A DNA stretch of 64,000 nt from Candidatus Bathyarchaeia archaeon (GCA_049521795.1 JBEKOM010000011.1:39634-103633); one strand, 5' to 3'; positions 28,103 through 38,370 are shown, counted from the first letter of the stretch. Numbers and translations are program-made. Notes: a model not told the origin generated them from the sequence alone.

Positions 28103-29160
28103 AACTCCGTGACCGTGACGCGATCATCACAGAAGAAGGGTTGATCTTTCGCGTCTTCGGCTACTCGCATCCTTCAAACTCTTATATTTGCGATGTCGAG
28201 TACGCGCCTTCCAGCATCCTCAAGTCCGACAATCCAAAAGCCTTCAGAAACGAGCGCCAAAACGTATTCTACAAGTTCTATGAGGATGAAGGCTGGAAGT
28301 TCGTTGAAAGCAAATACCCACGATACATGATTTTCCACGAGATGCTGCGAAAAAAAGTGGTCGGAGTCAACCACAATGACATACTTGAAGTCAGAAGACC
28401 GAAAGAAATTCTTCAAGAACGTATCGAAACACTACGAAAGGATGAACTTCTTACAGCATTGCAAAGAGTACTCGATACGGTGACAGAGTCTGCAGGTTTG
28501 CGCCTCGAAGACCTCGGGGTTTTCGGCTCTTTGCTGCATGGCTTTTATCATCCAAGGTTCTCTGATATTGACCTGGTCGTTTACGGTAGAAGGAACGTTG
28601 CCAAGCTTTGTGAAACGCTCAAAGAACTTTATGAAGGTGATTCCTCGACGCTTAAGAATGAGTTCGAAACCGGACATTCAATCGAAGGCAAGAATTGGTG
28701 GTTTCGGAACTTTAGTCTCGAAGAATACTTGTGGCACCAGAGAAGAAAGCTGATCTATGCCCTGTTTGACGACGCACGAAATGGCAGAAAAATAAAGACA
28801 GAGTTTGAGCCCGTGAAAGACTGGAAAGAGATCAGCAACGAATATAGCCCCAAAACAAGAATTCTGCGAAAAGGTTGGACTAAGATTCTGGCCACGGTGA
28901 CCGATGCTAGTCAGGCGTCATTCATTCCTTCGATCTATGGCATTGAACCACAACAGGTTCTTGAAGGACCAAGGGAAGCCGCTGAAGCGAGAAGAATTGT
29001 CTCCTACATGGAGGAATTTCGAATGCAAGCATGGGACGGAGAAACTGTGTGTGTCGAAGGAAACCTTGAGGAAGTGACAGCTCCGAAACGCAGTTTCTAT
29101 CAGATAGCGTTAACCTACTGCGAAAGATACTATGAGCAGGTTCTGAAAGTGAAGAATTGA
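28090..29160 (+). CDS. Predicted nucleotidyltransferase (COG1665-like), paralog 2
   Basis: RDRDAIIT.EGLIFRVFGYSHP; GVFGSLLHG.....SDIDLVVYG; EGNLEEV. Confidence 0.8.
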   Translation: MAALKLRDRDAIITEEGLIFRVFGYSHPSNSYICDVEYAPSSILKSDNPKAFRNERQNVFYKFYEDEGWKFVESKYPRYMIFHEMLRKKVVGVNHNDILEVRRPKEILQERIETLRKDELLTALQRVLDTVTESAGLRLEDLGVFGSLLHGFYHPRFSDIDLVVYGRRNVAKLCETLKELYEGDSSTLKNEFETGHSIEGKNWWFRNFSLEEYLWHQRRKLIYALFDDARNGRKIKTEFEPVKDWKEISNEYSPKTRILRKGWTKILATVTDASQASFIPSIYGIEPQQVLEGPREAAEARRIVSYMEEFRMQAWDGETVCVEGNLEEVTAPKRSFYQIALTYCERYYEQVLKVKN

Positions 29161-29164
29161 ATTA

Positions 29165-30178
29165 CTACGCCAGCACCATATAGTCCGACGGCTTGTTCCC
29201 AATCAACAGTCTAAAGTACTCTAGATTTCGTTTTGAATCTGTGACGCTCTCGACTTTTCCCTGTGCGATGATAGTCTCTCCGTTTCTGGCCTGTTCACAA
29301 AACCTGCCACGGAAAGAGGAAATCTCCGTTATTGAAGGGAGCCGTGGCCCGTCTATGATCGCCGTTTTTTCAAGCATGTACTTGCATGGGGTGAAAATCG
29401 ATTCAGAATCGTCTGCGATTGTTGCTTTGATTCTTGCATAACCAATATTCTTGTATTCAACATCGCCATACTTTTCGCCACCTTCATCCCAATTCTTCAC
29501 GAAGCGGACAAAGTAGTCGGTCTCCTCAAACTTGCCTTGCATGACTTTTCTCGATTCAATTCGAACAAAGCTCTCAAAATCGGTCGCAGTGTCCTTCGAA
29601 CGAAAGTCGAACAGAGTTCGCAGTTCATCTCGCGTGTAGGAGCGCATTTGTTCATGTCTGCTGCCAAGCATCGTTTCAAGTGTAGAGTACACTTTTCTAC
29701 AATTCTGTGAACCATAGACAATGGGGTCAATGTCTGAATTTGCCGTGTGAAGCCCGACCAAGATGGAGCCTGAGACCCCGATTGACTCCCAAGAAACATT
29801 GGCTTCTTCTTTCAGCACCTCTGCCAACTGTCGGGCTTTTCCCTCAAGCAGGTCCAATTCTGCTGAACCTCGCAATTCCTGAAGCTTTTCAGCGGGTCTA
29901 TAAATATTCTTCACGTCACCGGTTGGAACTTCACATAATGTCTCATCGAAAACTGGGTCAAAAACGAGGTATTGCGGAAATCTCTCACTGAGCAAAGCAT
30001 ATCTTTCGGAAAGAGAATAGACCTTGCCGTAGATGGTTCCTTTCCTTCTCCTTTCTCCTTCCTTGCTAGGGAAATATCGAATGAAAGCGATAATCCGATT
30101 TGGTGGATGAACTGAGCCTTTGACATCGAAGATCAGCCCTGCAGCGGTTTCTATTAGGTCTCCCTCGCAGGTTTTCAT
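29165..30178 (-). CDS. Predicted nucleotidyltransferase (COG1665-like), paralog 3
   Basis: EGDLIET..GLIFDVKG..HP; GVSGSILVGLH...SDIDPIVYG; QGKVESV. Confidence 0.8.
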   Translation of the reverse strand: MKTCEGDLIETAAGLIFDVKGSVHPPNRIIAFIRYFPSKEGERRRKGTIYGKVYSLSERYALLSERFPQYLVFDPVFDETLCEVPTGDVKNIYRPAEKLQELRGSAELDLLEGKARQLAEVLKEEANVSWESIGVSGSILVGLHTANSDIDPIVYGSQNCRKVYSTLETMLGSRHEQMRSYTRDELRTLFDFRSKDTATDFESFVRIESRKVMQGKFEETDYFVRFVKNWDEGGEKYGDVEYKNIGYARIKATIADDSESIFTPCKYMLEKTAIIDGPRLPSITEISSFRGRFCEQARNGETIIAQGKVESVTDSKRNLEYFRLLIGNKPSDYMVLA

Positions 30179-30186
30179 TCATCCAT

Positions 30187-30948
30187 TCACACCTGTGGTT
30201 GCAGTATTGACTTCTCTTTTATAGTCCATCCTGTATTCTTAAGCGCTAGCATCAACGGCACGGCTATGAGGGTTGCGAGTATTGCCTGCACGAACCGTAT
30301 TGCGGGATATATGAAAGGGCTAACGACGAAGGCAACACGAACGCCCTCTAAGGGCATGCCAAAAATACCCCCATAGACTGTGGGAACTGCGAAGATGTCT
30401 GCTCCCCACATGTTGTCCGCCTGATTTCCGATAAATGAAATCAAGAAGAAGAGTATCGCAGCATTTTTTGGATTTGAGAGTCTTGTGCCGAGAGCTACAA
30501 TGGGAATGATGAGCAGAACAGCAATAACTTTGTCCCAAAGTACGGCGGCAGAGACGTAGTAATATGTTGCGATTGGTTGGGAGGGTGGAAGAAACAGAAA
30601 GGCTACGATTAATAGACCAAGTGAAGCAAAAGCCCACTTGGACTTCCTGTAGAAGATGAATCCGACAATCAGGGCGTTTAAGGGAGGTGAAAGCAAGAAA
30701 GGCGCGCCAGTCGGAGTCAAACTCGCTGGGGGCAATACCCAAGTTACAAGTCCTCCCATTAAAGCGGTGAAAGCGCCTAGGTAGGGGCCTAGAATGAATC
30801 CGAAAACAGAAGCCATCATAGCTTCGAGCTGAATGTTGAGGCCTGGCACGCCAATAGAAGGGATTTTTGGAGATATCAAGGACAAAACATAATAAAGTGC
30901 CGCGAAAACTGCCGCCAACGCCATATTTCGAGTGGACAGCTTCAACAA
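30187..30948 (-). CDS. ECF transporter S component
   Basis: STRNMALAAVFAALY, GFILGPYLG, about 7 TM helices. Confidence 0.75.
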   Translation of the reverse strand: MLKLSTRNMALAAVFAALYYVLSLISPKIPSIGVPGLNIQLEAMMASVFGFILGPYLGAFTALMGGLVTWVLPPASLTPTGAPFLLSPPLNALIVGFIFYRKSKWAFASLGLLIVAFLFLPPSQPIATYYYVSAAVLWDKVIAVLLIIPIVALGTRLSNPKNAAILFFLISFIGNQADNMWGADIFAVPTVYGGIFGMPLEGVRVAFVVSPFIYPAIRFVQAILATLIAVPLMLALKNTGWTIKEKSILQPQV

Positions 30949-31047
30949 TGCATACGTCCAGTGTAGATTTGTAGCTGGCGATGTATTTTTTTACACAAGC
31001 TTAATAAGACTTTCTTATGGACTTACGCGTGGTGTTAAGCCTTCCGC

Positions 31048-31986
31048 ATGTTTGAGGCCGCAAACAACGTCTCCAAGTGCTTAGAGCTAGCGATTCTTCT
31101 GGAAGCTAGCGCACACAAACCGGGAAATGTGAGCGTAGTTACCAACTTTGAGAGCACACGTTATGAGCATTTTCTTGCTTCTGCAGTTGCTGCGAGGTCT
31201 TCTTTTGAGTACGCAACTGAACGGGGAATCGCAGTTCATAATGGCAAAAGCCCCGTAGCGAACGTTAATGTTGGACAGATCATAAAGAACTGCGTCACAG
31301 AAATTGACCATTGGCAGCACGGGGGTAACACGTTGCTGGGTACCGTGATTCTGCTTTCTCCGATGGCCGTCGCTGCTGGCATGACTATGTCGAGAGAGCG
31401 TTTTGACGTGTCCGCTTTGAGGAAGAACTTGAAGCTGGTTGTGGAGTCAACCACGGCCAAGGACGCCGTTGACGTTTATGAGGCTATAAGGATCGCTAAT
31501 CCCAGCGGACTTGGGAAGGCTCCTGAATTAGACGTCAACGACCCCACTGCGACTGAAAGAATAATAGGTCAGAAAATATCCCTGTACGAGGTTTTCAAGA
31601 TAGCTGAGAAATACGACACGATCTGTTCCGAGTGGACGAAGAATTATCCAGTAACTTTTGATCTTGCTTATCCCTCCTTGGCAGATCGGTTGCGAAACAG
31701 CTCAGATCCAAGTTTGGCCATCGTTCAAACCTTCTTGCAGGTGCTTGCTGAAGTTCCAGACACTTTTATAGCCAGGAAGACGAGCATAGAGAAAGCGCGT
31801 CAGATTTCACTGAAAGCCAGAGAGGTCATAGAGCTCGGTGGAGTTGAAACATCCAGCGGAAGAAAGAGCCTAGACAAGCTGGACGGGGAACTCAAGAAAT
31901 CCAGCAATCTTTTGAATCCAGGCACCACTGCTGACATCATAGGAGCTGCACTGGCCCTATGCATTCTTGCCGGTTACAGGCCCTAA
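31048..31986 (+). CDS. Archaeal CitG-like triphosphoribosyl-dephospho-CoA synthase family protein
   Basis: LEASAHKPGNV, NTLLG..LL.P, PDTFIARK, NPGTTAD. Confidence 0.85.
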   Translation: MFEAANNVSKCLELAILLEASAHKPGNVSVVTNFESTRYEHFLASAVAARSSFEYATERGIAVHNGKSPVANVNVGQIIKNCVTEIDHWQHGGNTLLGTVILLSPMAVAAGMTMSRERFDVSALRKNLKLVVESTTAKDAVDVYEAIRIANPSGLGKAPELDVNDPTATERIIGQKISLYEVFKIAEKYDTICSEWTKNYPVTFDLAYPSLADRLRNSSDPSLAIVQTFLQVLAEVPDTFIARKTSIEKARQISLKAREVIELGGVETSSGRKSLDKLDGELKKSSNLLNPGTTADIIGAALALCILAGYRP

Positions 31987-32180
31987 ACACTTTCACTGTG
32001 CACCCATCATTTGACGAGAAGAACCATTGAACCCAATAGGAGCTACGTTGCCGCTGCGACCTAGAGCCATTATTGATGTTCAGATGGGAAATCAGTTAGG
32101 CTAAATAACCCGTTGATGCACTGAGACTACTTCTAAGAGCCGAAAAGATGTCGACGCAGAAGATCGAGTAGGAACGTGAA

Positions 32181-32588
32181 ATGAGGAACGAAGTAAGACT
32201 CTCCGTTACGTTGCTGACAGGGCGAACGATTGAACAGGGCGTTGGCAAGGAGCGTGGAAAAGCTTCAAAAGAGTACGCTGAAAGTGTTACTGTCTGTTTC
32301 ATTGACCCGCAGGACATGAAGAAACTCAAGGTCAAAGAAGGAGCCAACGTGGAAGTGTCAACGAGCCACGGTTCTATCGTTTTGAAATCCGTTAAATCCA
32401 GAAGAGGCCCTCATCCTGGCATAGTTTTTGTTCCCTACGGCCCGTGGGCAAACGTCATCGTTGATTCAGGGACAGACAGCATCGGAATGCCCTCGTTGAA
32501 AGGAATCCCAGCCGAAATAGAATCTGCGCCGGAAAAATCAGTACTAGATTTACCCAGACTTCTTGCACAGCTCTTCGGGAATGAGTGA
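32181..32588 (+). CDS. fwdD: Formylmethanofuran dehydrogenase subunit D
   Basis: LLTGRTIEQG, VFVPYGPWAN, TDSIGMPSLKG. Confidence 0.92.
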   Translation: MRNEVRLSVTLLTGRTIEQGVGKERGKASKEYAESVTVCFIDPQDMKKLKVKEGANVEVSTSHGSIVLKSVKSRRGPHPGIVFVPYGPWANVIVDSGTDSIGMPSLKGIPAEIESAPEKSVLDLPRLLAQLFGNE

Positions 32589-32589
32589 C

Positions 32590-34044
32590 ATGCCAGTCGT
32601 CAAAGCGGTGACCTGTCCGATCTGCGGATGTCTCTGCGACGACATAGAGTTAACGGTCAAAGATGATGCGATAGTCAAGGTGAAAAACGGCTGCTCCATG
32701 TGCGAGTCGAAATTCTCCAGTTACACGGGGCACAGACAGTTGAAACCTCTGATCAAGAGGAACGGGCAGCTGGTTCAAGTTTCTTACAAGGAAGCTGTAT
32801 CTGCTGCAGCTGAAATATTGGCCGAAGCAAGTTACCCGCTGCTTTACGGTTGGAGCTCCACTAGCTGCGAGGCCATACGCGTGGGTCTTGAGTTGGCCGA
32901 AGAAGTAGGCGGGATAATCGACAACACTTCAACAATCTGCCACGGCCCGTCTGCCTTAAGCATTCAGGATGTTGGATTGCCATCGTGCACGCTTGGACAG
33001 ATAAGACACAGAGCGGACCTGGTGATCTATTGGGGAAGCAACCCTTGGAGTGCTCACCCGAGACACATCGAAAGGTACACATCGTTCTCGGAGGGAAGGT
33101 TTGAGAAGAGCGAGTGGGAAGCGTACCTGAAGAAAACGAAGGCTGCGACAGCCAAGAAGAAGGTTGAAAGCGCTCTCAGAAGAGTCAAAGCAGAAGAAAC
33201 AAGACCTTTCCCGTCATCTCCCGTGGGAGCACCATGCCCGGCTATCTTGAAAGGAGGCAGAAAACTCTTAGTCGTGGACGTCAGAAGGACCAGGACAGCT
33301 GAGAACGCTGACTACTTTATCCAAGTTGAACCGAACAAGGACTACGAGCTTTTCGAAGCTCTGAGAGCCCTGATTCGAGACGAAGAGCTTGAGGTTGACG
33401 AAGTTGCAGGAGTGCCTGTGGAATACTTGGAAGAAGTGGCAGATTTGATGATCGGATGCAACTTCGGTGTGATTTTCTTCGGACTAGGCCTCACTATGAG
33501 CAAGGGAAAACTGCGAAACGTGGACGCAGCTCTCTCTTTGACCAGAGACTTGAACATGCGCACCAAATTTATGATACTGCCGATGCGAGGGCACTTCAAC
33601 GTTACAGGTGCGGACACGGTTTTCACTTGGCAGACCGGTTACCCGTACGCTGTTGATTTTTCCTTGGGCTACCCGAGATACAACCCGGGAGAAACGTCAG
33701 CAGTAGACGCACTGTTGCGAAAAGAAACAGACGCAGCACTGGTGGTGGCTTCAGACCCCGTTTCAAACTTTCCCAGAGCTGCTGCGGAACATTTGGTTAA
33801 GAATCCTTTGATCGTCATAGACCCGCACATGAATGTGACAGCTCAGATGGGCGATGTGGTTTTTCCCTCAGCTTTTGTTGGAATAGAGACAAGTGGAACC
33901 GCGTACCGCATGGATCACGTGCCCCTTTCACTTAAAAAAATCGTTGACCCGCCAAGAGGAGTCCTTTCCGATGAAGTGATTTTAAACAGGGTCCTGTACG
34001 AGGTTAGACGGATAAGAAAGAAGAAGCGAAGGGAGGCAAAGTAG
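32590..34044 (+). CDS. fwdB: Formylmethanofuran dehydrogenase subunit B (Cys-type Mo/W ligand)
   Basis: CPICGCLCDD..C, CHGP, HPRH, MRGHFNV, GTAYRMD. Confidence 0.93.
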   Translation: MPVVKAVTCPICGCLCDDIELTVKDDAIVKVKNGCSMCESKFSSYTGHRQLKPLIKRNGQLVQVSYKEAVSAAAEILAEASYPLLYGWSSTSCEAIRVGLELAEEVGGIIDNTSTICHGPSALSIQDVGLPSCTLGQIRHRADLVIYWGSNPWSAHPRHIERYTSFSEGRFEKSEWEAYLKKTKAATAKKKVESALRRVKAEETRPFPSSPVGAPCPAILKGGRKLLVVDVRRTRTAENADYFIQVEPNKDYELFEALRALIRDEELEVDEVAGVPVEYLEEVADLMIGCNFGVIFFGLGLTMSKGKLRNVDAALSLTRDLNMRTKFMILPMRGHFNVTGADTVFTWQTGYPYAVDFSLGYPRYNPGETSAVDALLRKETDAALVVASDPVSNFPRAAAEHLVKNPLIVIDPHMNVTAQMGDVVFPSAFVGIETSGTAYRMDHVPLSLKKIVDPPRGVLSDEVILNRVLYEVRRIRKKKRREAK

Positions 34045-35736
34045 ATGGAGCTTCTGGTGAAAAACGGCTTTGTCTACGACCCGATTAACGGCATAAACGG
34101 CGAAAAGATGGACATTGCAGTAAGAAATGGTAAGATAGTTGAAAACGTGAACGAACGCAAAGCTAGGAAGATAGACGCTTCTGGAATGATGGTCATGCCC
34201 GGAGGCGTTGATATACACTGCCACATTGCCGGGTCAGAGGTCAACACTGGAAGGCTCTTGAGGCCAGAAGACCACTTCAAAGATTTTGAAGTGAAGACAT
34301 CAATAACAAGGTCCGGAGTCGGACGCTCGATTCCGTCCACTTTCACGACTGGCTACCGGTACTCCAGGATGGGTTACACGACGATAATGAACCCTTCCAT
34401 GCCTCCGCTCGAAGCGAAGCACACGCATGAAGAGTTAAACGACACCCCTATGGTTGACAAGGCTTCTTATCCGCTTCTCGGCGACTGGTGGTTCGTGCTC
34501 GAGTACCTCGCGCAAGGAAACATCGAAGAGTGCGCAAGGCACGTAGCGTGGCTGATGGACGCGACCAAGGGGTACGCGATAAAAATAGTTAACCCAGGCG
34601 GGCTAGAAGCATGGGGATTCGGCCACAACATCAAAAGCCTCGACGACCAGGTTCCGCATTTCTGCACAACCCCACGCGAGATAATCAGGGGCCTGTGCAA
34701 AGTGAACAAGCTTCTTGCATTGCCCCACACGATTCACGTTCACACGAACAACCTTGGAAAACCTGCAAACTATCTCACGGCGTTAGAAACGATGAAGTGT
34801 GTTGAAGACTTGGCCGTTGAAAACAAGCCTGTGATCCACATAACGCACTGCCAGTTCAGCGCCTTCAAGGGCGACGACTGGGCAACACTCGAATCCGGTG
34901 CGGAGGACATCGCAAAATACGTTAACGGCCACCATCACGTCACGATGGACATGGGCCAAGTCATATTCACAGACACGACGACCATGACGGCTGACGGTCC
35001 GTTCCAGTATGACCTCTACGGGCTTACAGGCAACAAATGGGTAAACCATGATGTTGAAACGGAAACAAGCGCGGGCATCGTTCCCTTCCGTTACCGCCGC
35101 AAGAGCTACGTTCACGCAACGCAATGGTCAATAGGCTTAGAGCTGGCCTTACTGATCAAGGATCCTTGGAAAATATTCATGACCACGGACCATCCGAACG
35201 GCGGACCATTCACAGCGTATCCCAGAATCATCGCTTGGCTCATGAGTTCAAAGGCAAGAAATGCAACGATGAAAAGGATCAACAGGCGGGCGAGGAGCAG
35301 AAGCCTCCTTCCCTCAATAGACCGTGAGCTAGACTTCTACGAGATCGCGGTCATGACGAGGGCCGGACAAGCTAGGGCGTTGGGTCTCAAGAATAAGGGA
35401 CATTTGGGCGTGGGAGCAGACGCTGACATAGCGATATATGCTGTGAACCCTGAAATAGCCGATCCTTCAGGAAAGTACAAGACCGTGAGAAAAGCGTTCA
35501 GGAGAGCAGCATACACGATCAAAGATGGAAAAATAGTTGTTAAAAATGGAGAGATCGTGAGACACGCTGATGGTGCTACGATGTGGCTTGATGTTCACGT
35601 GTCTGAACCCGTCAGGTTGACCGATGACATGAAGAAGAGGTTCAGGGAATACTGGACGGTTGAGTATGAGAATTATCCTGTCGGTAAAGAGTGCCTTAAG
35701 GTTTCAAACCCGATCGCTGTGAAGGCATGTGTTTAG
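34045..35736 (+). CDS. fwdA: Formylmethanofuran dehydrogenase subunit A (amidohydrolase)
   Basis: DIHCHIAG, RPEDH, KIVNPGG, HTIHVH, TTDHPNGG, GADAD. Confidence 0.95.
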   Translation: MELLVKNGFVYDPINGINGEKMDIAVRNGKIVENVNERKARKIDASGMMVMPGGVDIHCHIAGSEVNTGRLLRPEDHFKDFEVKTSITRSGVGRSIPSTFTTGYRYSRMGYTTIMNPSMPPLEAKHTHEELNDTPMVDKASYPLLGDWWFVLEYLAQGNIEECARHVAWLMDATKGYAIKIVNPGGLEAWGFGHNIKSLDDQVPHFCTTPREIIRGLCKVNKLLALPHTIHVHTNNLGKPANYLTALETMKCVEDLAVENKPVIHITHCQFSAFKGDDWATLESGAEDIAKYVNGHHHVTMDMGQVIFTDTTTMTADGPFQYDLYGLTGNKWVNHDVETETSAGIVPFRYRRKSYVHATQWSIGLELALLIKDPWKIFMTTDHPNGGPFTAYPRIIAWLMSSKARNATMKRINRRARSRSLLPSIDRELDFYEIAVMTRAGQARALGLKNKGHLGVGADADIAIYAVNPEIADPSGKYKTVRKAFRRAAYTIKDGKIVVKNGEIVRHADGATMWLDVHVSEPVRLTDDMKKRFREYWTVEYENYPVGKECLKVSNPIAVKACV

Positions 35737-36561
35737 ATGATAGGGCTTCGACTAGCGAGAGAATTCAGGTTTCCAATAGTTGCCGAGTGTATAAACCCGG
35801 ATGTGCTTGAAGGCAAGAGCGCTGGCGAAATTGGAGAGTTGAAGGTTTGGGAAGGGAACAGACAGAAGAAGCTGTGTGAACTTTTCCGGATTGACGAAGT
35901 CAGGGACGAAGGTGCGCCGGAAAGCGTTGCCATAGCGATCCATGGGGACGTTGGCAAAGTTCGAAGAATTGGGTCATGCATGAAAAGCGGAGAAATCGTG
36001 ATTAACGGGGATGTTGGCATGCACTTGGGTGAAGAAATGAAGGGAGGAAAAATAACTGTTCACGGAAACGTCGGCGCTTGGCTTGGCTCAATGATGACTG
36101 GCGGCGCAATCGAGGTTCATGGAAACGCGAGCGACTATGTCGGCGCACCGTACCGTGGAAGCACCAAGGGCATGCAAGGCGGGAAGATGACCGTTTATGG
36201 AAACGTGGGAAACGAAGTTGGAGCGTGGATGAAGAAAGGCACGATCAAAGTGTACGGAGGCGCAGGTCAATTCGTCGGCTTTCGCATGCGTGACGGTACG
36301 ATTTACGTTCAAAACGGTTGCGAAGCAAGAGCTGGCGCATGCATGACGGATGGGAAGATCGTTGCCGGCGGCTGCCTAAACTCGGTTTTGCCCAGCTTCA
36401 CGATAGACAGCGTTAAACCAAGAGTCAAGATTGAGGAAAACGAAACGGTTGAAGGGCCCTTCTATCTTTTCTTGGGAGACCTCGCCGAAGGTGGAAAAGG
36501 CAAACTCTACGTCTCTAAAGTCAAGAACCCACATCTAGCCTGCTATGAGAAGTTACTCTGA
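35737..36561 (+). CDS. fwdC: Formylmethanofuran dehydrogenase subunit C
   Basis: Repeated G..M.GG.I.V.GN beta-helix units; YRG...GM.GG; GDL...GKG. Confidence 0.93.
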   Translation: MIGLRLAREFRFPIVAECINPDVLEGKSAGEIGELKVWEGNRQKKLCELFRIDEVRDEGAPESVAIAIHGDVGKVRRIGSCMKSGEIVINGDVGMHLGEEMKGGKITVHGNVGAWLGSMMTGGAIEVHGNASDYVGAPYRGSTKGMQGGKMTVYGNVGNEVGAWMKKGTIKVYGGAGQFVGFRMRDGTIYVQNGCEARAGACMTDGKIVAGGCLNSVLPSFTIDSVKPRVKIEENETVEGPFYLFLGDLAEGGKGKLYVSKVKNPHLACYEKLL

Positions 36562-37558
36562 GGAGAAATATCCTTTGAAAAACGCTCTAAGTGTAAACCG
36601 GTTGGCTTGGAAGCTTCTGGAAGAACTGGTCAAAAGCCCAGACTTCTACGGCGTCAAAGTGGAAAAGACGAGCAACGGGACAACGATCGTAGATGCTGGC
36701 GTGCAGGCAAGAGGCGGCTTTGAAGCTGGCAGACTCATCACGGAGATCTGCATGGGCGGCCTTGGAAAAGCCCAAGTGTGCTCCAGAAAATACGGGGACT
36801 TGGAACTTCAGTCAATATTCGTTTACACTGACCACCCGGCAATAGCGACTCTAGGCTCGCAGTACGCTGGTTGGCAGATAAGCGAGGAGGGATACTTCGC
36901 GATAGGCTCTGGACCAGCAAGAGCATTAGCTTTGAAACCGAAAGAAGTTTACGAGGAAATCCAATACAAAGACGAGTGCGATAAGGCCGTTGTCATCTTG
37001 GAAACTCAGACATTTCCACCGCCGAAATTGATAGAACGCTTTGCAAGAGACTGCAGAGCATCACCCGAGAATCTGGCGGTAATTCTTACCCCAACAACCA
37101 GCTTGGCCGGAGCAACTCAAGTTTCAGGAAGAATCGTTGAAACGGGAGTACACAAACTGAGAAGGCTAGGGCTGGACCCCAAGACAATTCTCTACGCTTG
37201 GGGATGTGCCCCCATTCCGCCAGTGCATCCCAAGTTCGCGGACGCGATGGCACGAACGAATGATGCAATTCTTTACGGCGGCACATCCTGCTATGTTCTT
37301 GAGTGTGATGATGAAGAAAAGCTCAGCGAGATAATAGAGAAGGCTCCGTCGAGGGCGTCCAAGGCTTACGGCAAGCTTTTCAAAGAAATATTCAAGGAAG
37401 CTAATCATGATTTCTACAAGATAGATCCAGACCTGTTTGCCCCAGCGGTAATCATCATCAACAACGCAAGGACTGGCCGCACGTTTCAGAATGGCAAGAT
37501 AAACGCCGCCGCATTAGCAGAGTCATTTGATCTTGAGAAAGACGGGCAAGACAGATGA
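36545..37558 (+). CDS. mch: Methenyltetrahydromethanopterin cyclohydrolase
   Basis: LSVN, ICMGGL, SQYAGW, GSGPARAL, RIVETG.HK, TNDA.LYGG, DFYKID..LFAPA (TTG at 36575 is an alternative start). Confidence 0.95.
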   Translation: MRSYSEEKYPLKNALSVNRLAWKLLEELVKSPDFYGVKVEKTSNGTTIVDAGVQARGGFEAGRLITEICMGGLGKAQVCSRKYGDLELQSIFVYTDHPAIATLGSQYAGWQISEEGYFAIGSGPARALALKPKEVYEEIQYKDECDKAVVILETQTFPPPKLIERFARDCRASPENLAVILTPTTSLAGATQVSGRIVETGVHKLRRLGLDPKTILYAWGCAPIPPVHPKFADAMARTNDAILYGGTSCYVLECDDEEKLSEIIEKAPSRASKAYGKLFKEIFKEANHDFYKIDPDLFAPAVIIINNARTGRTFQNGKINAAALAESFDLEKDGQDR

Positions 37559-37567
37559 TTTTTGCTG

Positions 37568-38167
37568 CTAATTCCTAGTTGATTTGTTCGCTTTTTGAGT
37601 ATTAAGGAACCTGTTGACGAATTCTCTGAAGCCCGTGTTTCCGGCAAGTGCACCCATTAGAATGCTCATTACGGTTATTTCCACCCATGCTTTCGCAGTG
37701 ACGACTGGAGCAAGGGCCGCCATACCTGGGCCAATGACCGCAGTCATGATATATAGAAAGTACAGAACAGTGTAGATTGATTCTGGAACATACGACAGAA
37801 GTGTTGCTGGCACAGCCAGATATGAATGCTGCGAACCGCTTCCTATCTTCAGTTTCTTGTAAAGTATGCCCGCCATGAGTCCCGTCATTGCCTTTCCCAG
37901 TGGGACCCCCACTACAGCAATCAGTCCCTGGCCATAAAAAAACCCAAAATAATAGCCGGAATAGAGGCCGCCCAGAAGCCCAACAATCGCTCCTACGATC
38001 GGACCCCCGAAGATCGCTGCTATGAACGTGGCAATGTGGGAAAGGTCTAGGGCGGCGCCGCCTTGTCCCACGGTGCTAAGAATGGGCGCAACGTTAAGCG
38101 AAATCGCAGAAAGGGCTATTCCTAGGGCACTCAGCATTCCGATGAATGCAACCGTCTTTGAATCCAT
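37568..38167 (-). CDS. ECF transporter S component
   Basis: SKTVAFIGMLSAL, DLSHI, GGPIVG, about 6 TM helices. Confidence 0.72.
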   Translation of the reverse strand: MDSKTVAFIGMLSALGIALSAISLNVAPILSTVGQGGAALDLSHIATFIAAIFGGPIVGAIVGLLGGLYSGYYFGFFYGQGLIAVVGVPLGKAMTGLMAGILYKKLKIGSGSQHSYLAVPATLLSYVPESIYTVLYFLYIMTAVIGPGMAALAPVVTAKAWVEITVMSILMGALAGNTGFREFVNRFLNTQKANKSTRN

Positions 38168-38370
38168 GGCCTTTCCATCCCGAAACGACGCGTCATGATA
38201 GTTTGAGATAACTACTTAAGAGTAACTACCCATAAAAGAGTACAAGACCAGTGAAGGTTCTGGTAACTTAGCGTCAGACGGCTTCTAGCTGTTAACTCTC
38301 GTCAGATGACTCTGAGCGCACGCTAACTTATGCAAATGCAGAAGTTCGAAAAAAGAGAAAGTGTGGGTTT

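Noticed and set aside
27083-30178. Nucleotidyltransferases as CBASS cyclases or MNT antitoxins
   Set aside because: Too long for MNT, no adjacent effector, HEPN or Cap genes, and the context is cofactor metabolism; the HEPN gene is 6 kb away.
30949-31047. Riboswitch upstream of the other ECF S genes (also 38168-38370)
   Set aside because: No recognisable aptamer consensus by eye; a covariance-model search would be needed to exclude one.
32930-32950. Selenocysteine in FwdB
   Set aside because: The metal-ligand codon is TGC (CHGP); there is no in-frame TGA.
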